Shown piece after piece: positions 44,045 through 56,453 of a DNA stretch of 64,000 nt. A program made the translations under genes and the position numbers. The notes under the pieces were generated by a model. The model saw only the letters and a program-made list of their open reading frames with translations, was not told where the DNA came from and ran no database searches. The stretch comes from Geosiphon pyriformis uo1 (taxonomy: Eukaryota; Fungi; Glomeromycota): the NCBI GenBank assembly GCA_016748015.1, contig JAAOMT010000319.1, positions 19,778-83,777 on the forward strand, in the 5' to 3' direction. The stretch's first letter is position 1. Each line of letters opens with the position of its first letter.

Positions 44045-44314
44045 TCACTTCTTTCCTTTTCTTTTGGTGCCATCTGGCAAGACATTATGATAAGCTCCAT
44101 AACGTCCACTAGGGTATTCGACATCCCAGTGGGGGCCACTATGAGAATTAGGATTCCCTGGGTCACGTCCTGTCGGAACCCAAACACTCCCGTCTTTGTG
44201 GGGGTATCCTTTTTTGTGACTATTAGGAGCCTTCTTCAATTTACCATCCCAATTCCTAGGCGGTTCAAAGCCGTGTTCTTTGCCTGGCATGCCTGGCTCT
44301 TTTATCTTTAGCAT
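44045..44314 (-). CDS. Bacterial polymorphic-toxin-like domain protein (Ntox37-like, predicted RNase), 89 aa
   Basis: Intact ORF with PGxP..GF.PP.NWDGK....N...GYP.KDGSVWVPTG....HSGPHWDV......Y.NVLPDG..R, the motif string I recall for Bacterial toxin 37 (PF15535). GC-richer than its flanks; no intron within the ORF. Confidence 0.8.
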   Translation of the reverse strand: MLKIKEPGMPGKEHGFEPPRNWDGKLKKAPNSHKKGYPHKDGSVWVPTGRDPGNPNSHSGPHWDVEYPSGRYGAYHNVLPDGTKRKGKK

Positions 44315-44630
44315 ATTGTTGGGTGTAGGTTACGATGAATTATACCAGCAGAGTGAATTTGATCAAAGACCAATATATATATTTCTAATTTATTAAGAAC
44401 AACTCGTAGAATGAAAATTTGTTGATAAATATTTCTTTATGTCACCATAATCGGTAAATTTCATCACAATTCAAACATTTAGATGAAAATAATAGGAAAT
44501 TGATTACCTCTTTAAACTATTCTACAATGATATCTATAAATTTTATTGCTACTTTTTTCTTTTATATTCCATTGAATCATGATGCTTTTTATTAGTTGGA
44601 TTAATTAATCCATTAATATAGGTTGCTTAA
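44315..44630 (-). pseudogene. TKL kinase relic (N-lobe to catalytic loop) running directly into the toxin ORF
   Basis: ATYINGLI...MEYKRK, VAIKFID...FKE|gtaatc, IVMKFTDYGDIKKYLSTNFHST, QIHSAGIIHRNLHP ending next to the toxin ATG. Confidence 0.85.
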
Positions 44631-44869
44631 TCTTATTTCTCATGTATTAGCCTTAAACAGGTTTAACTATGATTAAGGTAATTGCCTATTTTTTAAATCT
44701 AAAATTTAGCTTTCGTCTAAAGCATAAAAAGTAACGTGCTACCAAAATTCTTTAAAAAAAAAGAATCTCTGCTAACCAAAGATAATTTATTAATATTAAA
44801 TAGTTTTTTTTTAAAAAAAAGGATAATGTTAGAAAATTCAAATCAAAGATCATTGTTAATAAAGACTCG

Positions 44870-45250
44870 AGTTTTCATTAAAAGAATGAAATTGATGGAT
44901 GCGTAATCTATTTTTTATTTTTATATTCATAAAAACAATGAAAATTTTATTCGGAACAATTTTTTTAATCAAAGTTAAAAAATTTACTCTTAAATTTATT
45001 TCGAATAAAATTTTTTGTTTATTAAGGTTTTCTGCATAATATTATGTTTTAGTTTTTTATTAATTATTTTATTTTATTTTATTTCAAAAAATTTAAATTA
45101 ATAATATAAATAATTTTTTAAGATAATTAAAATTTAATTTATACACCTAATATAATGAAACATAACATCATAAATAGATTCCTTGAGAATATTTAAAAAA
45201 TATCAGCAAAATGGGTAAAGGGAGTTGGCAATATATCAATATATATATAT
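44870..45250 (+). pseudogene. Strongly eroded TKL kinase exon-1 relic
   Basis: 45120-45240 matches IIKNPIYIP...WIPWERLKNISKIGKGGFGNIY at DNA level, with W>stop changes. Confidence 0.6.
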
Positions 45251-46229
45251 TAATAGATTAATTGATTTAAGAAGTATAAAATATCATGGTTTATTTTAAT
45301 TGAGATTAATTGGGTTTTTATAAAAAGAATTTCTTAATTTTTTGTCTGCTTGAATTTGGGTTATTAAAAGTTTGGAAAGTCGCTAGCATTGAATTAAAAA
45401 TTAAATACAATTTTATTCAGGAAATATCCTGTTAATTAAAGAACAATTATAAACTAGAAATAAATAAAAGATACAATATAAACTATTTTATAAATGTATT
45501 TGGAATGATAATTTTAATTAAAATCAAATTTTCTAAATCAAATTATATTATGTTTAAACAAAATAAACCATTTTTACTTAATTTAATTATTAAAAATTGA
45601 AGATCATAATATTCCTAAGTTCAATTTTTAAATTTCATATATTTTAAGTGATTAATATCTCTTTTCTCGTATGATAATGTGCTTTACAAATAATGAGGAA
45701 AAATCTCAAAGGACCAATCAAAATTGTCTTCAGATTATGTTTAAAATGATTTAATGAAATATAATTTTTAACTATTAAATTAAAATATATTTAATTCGGA
45801 TAGAATAAACTAAATGAAATGCATTCATTTTTTATAAAAGTGTTTGCTAAAACAATATTTCAAAAAATTATTTCGAAAATTTATTCAAAGATTCCTCATG
45901 TTTTTATACTGGGCTAGCTATAAACATAGTTGCTTTCATTTGCCTTCTAATTTGTTTGCATATCCTAAACCTCTCTAATCCAATCAATTATTTTTCACGT
46001 GCGAAGAATCAAATTTCGCTTTACACCATTTAACATCTGATCAGTTCAACCTATTAAAGGTTAATTTGGTTTTCTAAATATAAAGAAATATTAAATAAAT
46101 TGAACATAATTATATTGAATTATTTCTATCAGGCAGGTAGATAAGTTCTTTGGGAAGGTATTAATAGAATAAATAGTAAATTTAAAACATTGATTAATTT
46201 TAAAAATAAAACAATCACTTAAAACTAAA

Positions 46230-47350
46230 TAAACAAACCTTTTGAAGATTCATTCATTTGCATAGTTAAAAGTCGGCTTGAATACATTGCCTTTATATTC
46301 ATTATTGTTGAAAATGTTTTTATGTCGTCACATTCCACTGTTGCTTTGACACAATTTTCTGATTCCTTAAACAGTAACCTCTAATTAGACCCCTCATAAT
46401 ACAAGTTGTGCAGGTTTTCCAATGTCAAATTAACTCCTTTAGCACTAGGACGATTCAATGGATTGACGTCCCAACACTTTTCAATGAGTTCAGCGATACA
46501 ATATGGAATAAGGGGAGAGATAATTTCAGGTCTTATACCATCTAGAATATTCACTATGAGAATAATATTATGAGTAAGATTATAAAAGGGAATCTTTAAT
46601 TTATTCAACCCAACTTGTAGAATGAAAATTTAGTTGGTAACTATTTTAGCAGGTCTCCACCTGAGGCAAAGTTCATCCCGATTCCATGCTCGAGTGTTTC
46701 AGGGTTTGGTGTAATTCCTATTAGATAAGATATATATGCTGACATGTACCCATTCTAAATGAACATAGTTCTCTCAATATTTAACTGTTAATTAAATTAA
46801 TTAATTATTTAATATCCTAATAAGAATTGAACGAACGTTCAGATGAATATAAATAATAAGTATAAAAATAATTTGATTACCTCTTTGAATACTTTTTCAT
46901 CATTCTGTAAAGATGTCTTCACAAATTTTATTGCTACTTCCTTGCCGTCTATATATTTAATTCTTTTATACTCTATTGCACCATAATGTTTTATACTAAT
47001 TGAATCAATCCTTCCATCAATCCATGTTGCTTTATAAATTGCGCCAAACCCTCCTTCACCAATTTTTTTTGATATTCTTTAAACGATCCCATGGAATCCA
47101 ATTATAATAATTGACTCTACCATACTGATCTTTTTTTATCAATAGGTGGAATATAAATTGGATTCTTAATAATTTTATCAACTAATTTATTTCCGCTTGA
47201 ACAGTCCTTGTAAAATTTTCAAAAAAATATGAATTGGCATGCTCTACACTTATTACTTAACTCAGTATTCCTAATTCTTTTTTGACATATTTCACACTCG
47301 TTGCAATCATGAGTTTCTGGACGAGTTCTTTATTTAAAAGATTTTTTTCA
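46230..47350 (-). pseudogene. TKL kinase pseudogene with central deletion
   Basis: TRPETHDCNECEICQK...CRACQF, WIPWDRLK, IGEGGFGAIYKATWIDG, VAIKF, FKE|, GITPNPETLEHG, then a jump to PFYNLTHN...RPEII...CWDVNPLNRPSAK and AMYSSRLLTMQM. Catalytic loop and DFG region deleted. Confidence 0.88.
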
Positions 47351-47849
47351 TGATGCAGATAAAATCAGAGTAATTATTATGAGAATGTCAATTTATTAAT
47401 GAGTTTTGAAAAGAAGGGTTTCTTTTTCAAAGCTTTTATATGTAACAATATTTCAAGGCTGAATTTTTAAACACGTATTAGAATCTAACTAAAAAATGAT
47501 TAATATAACCGTTTAATCATTAATCTCGTGAAAATTCTATTATTAAAGATTAAACTTGAATAAAAAGATTTTCCATTTCAGCAACAATATATAAAAAATC
47601 AGGCGTTACTTTTGGTGCCTACTATACATAATCACTCCAAACATTTTTTTCCACTGTAAGCTGAGGTCAATAAGCAATATTACTTGCTATCTAACAAATA
47701 TAATGACAATTTGCTCAAAAATGTTTCCATAAAAGGCAAACTGCATTACGATCCCATACGTGACACCGATTATTATCAAGATATAGTGTATGGGCCCAAC
47801 CTAGATTCTTCAGTATTTAACTATGAAAAGTGAAATATTTAACGAAAAT

Positions 47850-48232
47850 AATTTGATTACCTTTTTAGAGAGATTATCACTGTTTCCAAAGATACATTTA
47901 TAAATTTTATTGCTAGTTTTTTCCCCTTCTTTTATATTTCATCTAATCATGATACTTTATATAACCTTTATCAATTAGTATGGTTTTATAAATTGTACCA
48001 AACCTTTCCTCACCAATTTTGTTGATGTTTGAAAAACTCTCCCATTAGCATTTATTCATAATAATTAACTCTCCCATATTTATATTGCCGCTTTGTTAAG
48101 TTTTTCAAAAAATAAAGAGTGGCATACATTGTACCCATTGTGTTGATTATTTTAAATGCTCTATTGAGACTTTTCACACTCTGTGCAATTATAAACTGCT
48201 GAACGGATTCTTTTAATTTCAAAGTTTTCCAT
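47850..48232 (-). pseudogene. TKL kinase exon-1 relic
   Basis: MENFEIKRIRSAVYNCTECEK...QCMPLFIF, WESFSNINKIGEERFGTIYK, LAIKFI...SLK|gtaatc, with stops. Confidence 0.8.
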
Positions 48233-50292
48233 GGAGTGAAAATTATAATGAAAATGTCCATAAAATCTTATTTTATTATTAATATTAATATTAATATCAT
48301 CATCATCATCATCATCATCAAAGTAATATTTTATTAAGTGGGGTTCTTATTTATATGAAAACAAACATAGATAAACAGATCAAAAATGTGTAATTGAATC
48401 ATTTACTTTTTAACCTTATTTATGACAATTAAAAACTTATTATTAGATATTAACCTTGGATGAAATTGGGATAACAGACTAAATTGTATGTATCTACAAT
48501 GCAACAAAAAACGTTAAAAATCTTTTTTATTATCTTATTTCCGTTTTGCATGTAGTACAATTTGTTTAGTTTCCATTTCTCCATTCTAGTACCTGGATTA
48601 CGCTAATTCATATAAATATAAGAATTCTAATAAAAAATTGGGTAGCTTTTTAGCCACTACTTTCTAACGCGATGATGTGTAAACTTGATTTTTAATAGTT
48701 ATTATTATTGAAAATATTTATTTTACATATAAAATTTAAATTTTTCAAATAGAATTATGACCTAAATTGATAAAAATAAAGAATAATCTTATTGCTTAAT
48801 AGTTAATTTGATTTATTTAAATATAATAAAAGCTACCCAAGAGATGTTTTTTTTTTAAATTCATGGCTGTGTAATAATACAAATAAAACCAAAATAATAA
48901 TTTTTATTTCTAAATAATAAATTCTTAATTCTTTCATTAAAAATTAGTTTTAAAAAGAGTCTAAAAACCTTTTTATAACATTTAGGCTTGGTCTGTGTTT
49001 ACTTTTACAATAGGCTTTTTGAGTTAATTTACAAAAAAAATTTGAACATAAAAAAGATGAAATTTACAATCAAAAGTTGTTTTAGACTTTTTTTACCACA
49101 AATAATAAAGAATAAGATTTTCTCAAACTAATAATTTTGATCAATTGCAGCTGAATTTAATTTATTTATATATCCTTTTAATTTTAAATTGATTTAGAAA
49201 TCAAAAAGATTTATGTAGTCAACAATAGACGGGATGGTGTGTTGAAATTAATTTCATTTAACAGTATTGAGCACACAACTTAAATTTATCGTTATGTCCT
49301 AGAGTTTTGACCATCTAATATATATGATGAAGTCTACCTTTCCATCATTATGATCTCTATGTCTATTTCGCGCTTTAAAAAACTTTATTTTTTGCTTTTT
49401 ACTAATTTATATTATTTAAAAATAAAACAATTCTACCGTTGTTGAATTCAAAATACATTCCTTCCATAAAAATTTTTTTTAAACGATCAGGATGCCTATA
49501 TATTCTATCTTTTGTAATGTTATAATATTTAATCAGTAATTAAACTATAAATTAAACTAATTTCTTAAACTTCTACCTTCCATGGGAAATAATTTTAATA
49601 TCGCCTGCAAACTACCAGATAACTAAAATTGGCTATAAAAAGCCGTAGATTTAATATGGTTTAGAAAAAATGTCACAATTTTCTCTTTAATACTGCATTT
49701 TCGGAGTGATTAAGTATTCTATAGTTTAAAAAAGAATAATTGGCTTAGATTGGATCTAATACTTTATATTACGAATTAAAATATTTATAAATCGATATAA
49801 AAATTGGAAAACCAACCCTTCAAAGTTATTAAATTCTATTTTTATTTATTTTACTTGCTTCTTATCATTTTTCGAAAAAGGATTAGTGATTTAATAAATC
49901 GAGAAATAAATGAGATATTGCAAGATTCACAATTGTTTTTGTTGATTCTATAGAGAAGAGATTAATGCTCAAATTGGAAAAATTCGTCTACGCATTCAGG
50001 ATAAAACTTTGTATAAACAGTTTTGGATTACTTTTAATTTTCTCGATATTATATCTGAAAGCTAACAATAGATTGCCTTGTTTGATAAATTAATTTTTTT
50101 AATATCAAAAAGTAAATAAATCCATCATTTGCTTTTTTGGTAACTAGTTTCCATGAAAAAAACAATATAAATATCAAGGTTATTAGAAAAAAAGACCCCC
50201 CAATTACGTTCAAAGTTTAAAGCAAGGATATTAATAAATTTTATCAAATCTTTCATCATCATTCTTATTATTTTTATTCTATTTTTTTAACA

Positions 50293-51965
50293 ATGGAGAA
50301 GCTTCAAATTAAAAAAAACCGCCCAAAAGATCATAATTGCAAAAAGTGTTCTTTGTGTCAAGAGAGCATCAAAAATAAAACATACAATGATTGCAAGGCA
50401 TGTCAATTCTTATTCTTTCGACGACTTTATAAAGAATTTTCAAGTGGCAACAAAACAGTCGACGAAATAATTAAGAATCCAATTTATATACCAGGAAGGA
50501 ACAACAATCAAAGAGATAACTTTTACCGTATTGAATGGATTCCATGGGATCGTTTGAGAAATGTTTCAAAGATTGGTCAAGGAGGATTTGGTAATATTTA
50601 TAAAGCAACGTGGGTAGGCAGCTGGATTAATTTTATAAATGTGCATAATGGTAAAATGGAATATGAAAGAAAGGGACCGAAAGAAGTTGCAATAAAATTT
50701 ATGAGCTCACCTTTGCAAAATAATTTGGAACTCTTTAAAGAGGTAATTAAAATATTGGTCTACATCCAAACCTTTCTGATTCACGTATCTTATTCATAAT
50801 ACTTATTAATCTAATTTTTCCCTTACTGATAGATAAATATTCAAAGAGCTATGTTAATTAGTACTAGATACATATCATTCATAACTGAAATATACGGCAT
50901 CACACAAAATCCTCAAACTCTCGATTTTGGGTTCGTGATGGAACTTGCCGAACACGGGGATATGAGAAAATATTTATTATCCAATTTTCACTCTACTTTT
51001 TGGGATAATAAATTAAATTTAGCCTGGAATATTGCCGAAGGCCTTAATCTAATTCACTCTGCTGGTATGATTCATTGTGACTTACACTCAGGCAACATTC
51101 TACAATTAAGCAATGAAAGGGTGAAAATTGGAGACCTTGGATTGAGTAAACCTGCGAATAGGGAAGCAGCAGATGAAGAAATATTTGGAGTGATTCCATA
51201 TATTCCACCAGAAGTTTTAAAAGGGGAAAAGTTCACAACAGCTGGTGATATATATAGCTTAGGAATGCTATTATGGGAATTAGCAACAGGAAAGCCTCCA
51301 TTTTATGATCGTCCTCATAACGATTCTCTTGTAATAGACATTTTAAATGGTAAAAGACCTAAAATCACCGCCCCATTTATTCCACCTTGCATCGCTGAAA
51401 TAATTGAACAATGTTGGGAAGCAAATCCATCGAATCGTCCTACGGCTAATGAAGTTTTGAAGAAATTAGTTGAACTTCTCAGAGTGCGAAATTATTCATC
51501 TCCAACAAAGAGTCTTGAGAGTTTACAATTTTTGAAATCAGATAAACTCATTAAAGAAAGTGTTGAATATGTTGCATGTGACGAGACGCCAAAACGGTCA
51601 AGCAAATTTTCAAAATTTATTAAATTCCTAAAAAAACTTATGAAATGCAGTAAGAAAAAAAATTCCTCCAAAAAATCCGCTAAAAAATCTCCAATAAATA
51701 TTCATCAAAGAGCAGTTTATACGAGTCGTTCCTTAACATTACAAATGACTGATGTTTCAAAAGGTTCGTTTTTCAGTTAATGTGATTTAATTAAATTAAT
51801 TTTTTAAACTTTAAATTTTTTTATAATTCTAGGTTCAACAGAATTTGTCTATTTACCTAAAGGTAAGCAAAAAAAAAGGATGTCAAGAAAATATATACTC
51901 TATCTACTATTTTTAACGTTTCTTTCTGTTCACTATTCTTAGAAACCCCAAATGAATCGATTTGA
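50293..51965 (+). CDS. Intact TKL Ser/Thr kinase with N-terminal Cys/His motif; exons 50293-50742, 50833-51763, 51833-51862, 51943-51965
   Basis: GQGGFGNIYKA, VAIK, FKE|INIQ, HCDLHSGNIL, DLGLS, YIPPE, DIYSLG, RPTANE. All junctions in frame; Lys/Ser-rich C-terminal insert. Confidence 0.9.
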
Positions 51966-52418
51966 TCGTGATCGGTGAAATATATGAAAATATGAGATTC
52001 TACATTTTGAAATCTTTTATTTCTTATTAAATCAAGTTATTCACAACATTGTTTTTTATGTGGAACTTGGAGAAACAAATTTTTTAAAATAATTTTATTA
52101 ATCAATTAGTTTATCATGGTATTTGGTAAAAGGCTTTCTTAAAAAACATAAACATAATATTTAAAATAGCATTTATATGGGGCAAAACCAGACAAAGTGA
52201 ACATCAAGCAATTGTGGCTTTAGTAATTGAAAATGCATTATCTTTATCTTCTCAGCTGTCACCAATATTAATTTTTAATTTATTCCAATCACCCTATTAA
52301 TATCATCGTTAATCATTATTATCTGGTCAATCAATCACTTTTCTAGTTGGATCAACACCAATTCTTTGATAACCTAACGCCTTTCTCTCATGTGATTTGA
52401 TAGATAGAAAATTTTTCC

Positions 52419-52476
52419 GGGGGGGGGGGGGGGGGGAAAAAATTTTAAAAAAAAAANNNNNNNNNNNNNNNNNNNN
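52419..52476. other. Poly-G run and 20-N assembly gap
   Basis: G18 at 52419-36 and Ns at 52457-76; adjacency across the gap is scaffold-inferred. Confidence 0.95.
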
Positions 52477-52654
52477 TAATAAATTTTAAACAAGACATGT
52501 TAGTTGTCCTTTTTTATTTCAAATATTATGATATAGATAACTTGATAGGTTTCAATATTCTATGATAAATGCTAATTACCAAGCTGAATATAGTTTAACT
52601 GTAAGTAAGAGAAGACTCACTGAGACTCACTTTTAAATTGATTCAACATTATAT

Positions 52655-53605
52655 TCAGTTTCTGTCAAAAAGAAAACTTTTTAAATGAGCTAAATTTTGC
52701 TTTATATTAGAAAGATCTCTCTCTAAATTCCAAAAATTATGTAAAAAAATTGGGTTAAATTGTGGAGAATGGTTTTGGATAGCGTTAGATTGGTTATACA
52801 CTGAAAATGAGTTAGAATTATTATTATCACTAATTTGTTGCAGGCCAGCGATATATTCTTGGTGATTATTCATTGGTCTTTGATTGAGTTCTTCAGAGTT
52901 CGTACCAAAAAAAAAACCTTTTAACTGAGCTAAATCTTGTTTCATATTGAAAAAATCTCTCTCCAAATTCCAAAAATGATATAAAAGAGTTGAATTAAAT
53001 TGAGGCGAATGGTTTCGGATAGCGTTAGTTTGGTTATACACTGAAAAAGAGTTAGAATTATTATTATCACTAATTTATTGCAGGCCAGCGATACATTCTT
53101 GGTGATTGTTTATTGGTCTTTGATTAAATTCGTGAGAGATATTTTGAGCAAAAGGATCCACGATTCCAAAACTTGAACTTTGTTGAATAGAATTTGTGTT
53201 GAAAGGGGGTTGCATCAAATTTTGTGAATTAGATTGGTGGTTTGATTGAATTTCTAATGATTCTAGAGAGGCCAATGTAGAACTAGGTACATGGTTTACT
53301 GGTCTTTGATTATATTCGTGAGAGCTATTTCGTTGTAGCCTTTGAGCAAAAGAATCCACAATTTCAAAACTTGAACTTTGTTGAGTAGAATCTGAGTTGA
53401 AAGGTGGTTGCATTAAATTTTGTGAATTGAATTGCTGATTTGATTGAATTTCTAACGATCCTTGAGAGGTCGATTTAGGACTAGTCATATGGTAATGATT
53501 ATGGTTTAATGAAGACGTGAAATTGGAATTATTAAAGTCGTCATAATTAGAGAAGGGTTTTTGATTGTTGACGAAGTGTTTATAATTTGAAACTTGCTTT
53601 TCCAT
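52655..53605 (-). pseudogene. Orphan N/Q-rich repeat protein, copy 2, with one in-frame stop
   Basis: The two listed ORFs are in the same frame. CTG CAA TAA ATT at 53075-77 corresponds to CTG CAA CAA ATT in the duplicated downstream module. Confidence 0.75.
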
Positions 53606-53937
53606 AGCTAAATTTAATATAATAAATTCTAAGATACTTAATTATTTAATATCATTCTTTATTATTACTGTTCAAACTGACTTTCTAAAGTTCTCCTTAT
53701 ATATAAACTTTAGTTAATCTCACATGATTGCAAATTTTCCAATTTTGGGAATGAACATCCTTAAAACTTACTTTTTTTCATATTACTTCTTCTAGGTGCA
53801 TGAGCATATTTTCAACTTGTCTTACCACCTTAATGAAAGCTTTTCTTCATGAGATTCATGAGAGCATGGCTTTTAACTTCCGATTTGTCAGCAATTGTCA
53901 ATTTTAAATAGTCAAAGTCAAGACGTTGAGATAAGAT

Positions 53938-54010
53938 GCCCGGATAGCTCAGTCGGTAGAGCGTGAGGCTTTTAACCTTAAGGTCGAGGGTTCGAGCCCC
54001 TCTCCGGGCG
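53938..54010 (+). tRNA. tRNA-Lys(UUU), intronless
   Basis: Acceptor stem GCCCGGA/TCCGGGC, D arm TAGCTCAGTCGGTAGAGC, anticodon loop CTTTTAA, T arm GAGGGTTCGAGCCCCTC; 73 nt. Confidence 0.97.
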
Positions 54011-54280
54011 TGTATATTAATGGTCTCACTAGCGTTTTTTAGTGAGGAGATCTTTACCATTTGTAGGATATTGATATTAGAATTATTTAACCTTTATTTT
54101 ATGTTAAAATTTTTTCACTTCATGAATTAAAATATAAGCGCAATATTAAAGCAGCGGATTCAAGGTTAGAAAAATTTGAAAATTTTATGTATAAATAAGA
54201 CCTCTTACAGGTAATATTAAAGACTAATATTTGAATTTATTTTCCATGTATTTTCTAACAATTTTTCGAAATAAAAGCTA

Positions 54281-55257
54281 TTACCACAAAACAAACATTG
54301 TAGCAATTAATGTAACAATACCAACGATAACTTCACTCATTCTAAATCCAAGATTCGCATCAGATGACGAATTCATTTTGGCTGCAGACGGTACAGTAGT
54401 GGTTTCATTACTCTTTGAGGTTGCATTGTTAGCATTAATATTAGTTGAGTTCAAAGATGTAGGTAGTGCATCATTAGCGGATTTGGATTCATTTGAAGAT
54501 GACTTGTCAGATTTTGAAGCTTCGCTTGTTGTATTTGTTGTATTTGTGTTTTTTGAAGTGACTAGAGATATAATTCGACCATTACCACCTTCGTTCTGAC
54601 CTACTGGTGGGGGTGGGTTTGTTGATGGCGGATACTTACCCTCTGCATCGGTGATGATGAATCGAGTGGTGAAAAATTGCCTGGTGTTGAATTGGAATCT
54701 GAAAAAGTAGACTGATAAATTTATAAAAGCCAATAATTAGTCAAATAAATTAACCGTTTGCAATTAAAAAACTTGATGAAATAATTTTTTTTGATAACCA
54801 AGATATGCTCTTATATAAGAATTTAGTAAGCATAATGAGATTCAATACTTACTTTTTCCAGCGGGTTCAACTGCTGGTATAGTAAACTTAATTTTTCCAT
54901 CAGTCCCAGGAACAGTACCTACGTTAGCTAACACAGTTTGTTTCAAATCGGCTCCAGTCATAAAATCGATTTGCAACTCATCGAAAGTTGATAATGGTGG
55001 TGCTTTACCATCTTCTTTCCATGTTATTGTGGCCTATGTGAAAAATTGAAATGCCGTTAAAATTAATTCCAATTTTAATTCAAAACTAAATATAGAACAG
55101 GGTATATTCTCGTGAGAGTCCCTACCTCTTGACCAGGCTTTAAGATTGTGCTCCCATCTGGTGAAGTAGGAATCATTGCAGCTTTTGCAAGAATACAAAT
55201 TGATATTAAAATGACACAAAAACTAAAAGGAAAAACGGGATAAAATGAATTTTTCAT
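54281..55257 (-). CDS. Secreted, probably GPI-anchored Ser/Thr-rich protein with Kre9/KNH-like N-terminal beta domain; 3 exons
   Basis: Signal peptide, PTSPDGSTILKPGQE|ATITWKEDGKAP...IDFMTG...IKFTIPAVEPAGK|...FTTRFII, S/T/N-rich stalk, hydrophobic C-terminus VIVGIVTLIATMFVLW. Confidence 0.85.
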
Positions 55258-56453
55258 TTTTCTCTTAAAAATATGATTGATAAAGTTTTACTTCTGAAAT
55301 ATTAGGACGATATACAAATTTTTATTAGATTTTTTTAATGACAACCAGGTCTAGAAAGAAGATTTTATTAAACTTTTTCAAGCAATAGTTTTTCTTGAAA
55401 TTAAGTAAAAAAAAAATAAAGAATTTAAAACTTTTAAATTTTTTTAAGTTTTTGTTGAAAGAAAAATTGAAAAGAAGGTGTTAAAGATGAAAAGGAAAAC
55501 TTTATATATGTTTGCCTTTAGCTTTTAGATTGTGCGGGTCATTCTTTTTGTGACGAGCACTTTTTATTATTTATTTTGCGTACAAACGAAGGGAAGAGGG
55601 AGGAGGGAGGAGCGAGGAGCGAGGAAGAGAAAGGTAAAGGGAAAGGGAAAGGGAAAAGGAAGAGTTGGCAAAAATGAGTTGACTGAAAATTCACAAGTTT
55701 TTCAGGTTTTATTTGGCATTCAAAATTATCCTTGAAATGATATAATAACCGATGCTTCATGTAAATGGTGCCTAAAAAAGCAAGTCATTAATTCTACTCG
55801 CATGTTTCTCCGCGTGGTAAAGTATTCTTTCGGTTTTGTGTTCCCCAAAACTCAAATATAATGCACCAGGTTGCTGAAATTTTATTTTTAGCAGGCGATA
55901 GTTTAGTAGTCATTGTTACATCTCGTGCTTCAACGGAAATTCCAAAATTCATTTCATTAGTGCAAAACTGCCAAGATTTTAATCCAATTAATTCAATCAT
56001 GATTTTTTTGATGTTCATAATACATGTATATTATTTCCATAAATACGATATGCAGAGTACAAAGCTTATCAATATTTTACAAAAGATTATATCGTGTAGC
56101 ATTATTTTTTGGCTTTTTCAAATTTTGATGATATTCTAAATATTTCAATAAATCCTTTTTATATCAAATTGATCAAAATTTTTTTTCAGATATTAAAAGA
56201 TATGTATTTGGCCGATTTATTAAAAATATAAGTTTTCATAATTCAAAGGCTTCGCTTGAAAATCAAATAGTCATATCAACTTGTCAAAATTACAAGCGAG
56301 ACTTTTCTCTAGCAAATGCTCAATTTAATATATTTTTTCAAAAACCCATTTTCTATACCAACCAAAAGTATCAAAGTGCATTGAGAATTTTAAACAGAAA
56401 AATCGCATGTATTATTGTCAAAATATTACTAGCAAGAGTCAATTGAAAACAAA

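Noticed and set aside
44087-44311. 74-aa plus-strand ORF
   Set aside because: Antisense shadow of the toxin ORF; no motif and not credible as an immunity protein.
44030-44314. Toxin ORF as Mollicutes (code 4) endobacterial DNA
   Set aside because: All three Trp codons are TGG, and reading TGA as Trp adds only WIIGK. Not supported, though not excluded.
53830-54060. 76-aa minus-strand ORF
   Set aside because: Antisense to tRNA-Lys.
55532-55760. G/K/R-rich and F/P/S-rich ORFs
   Set aside because: Produced by a polypurine tract upstream of the GPI-protein gene.
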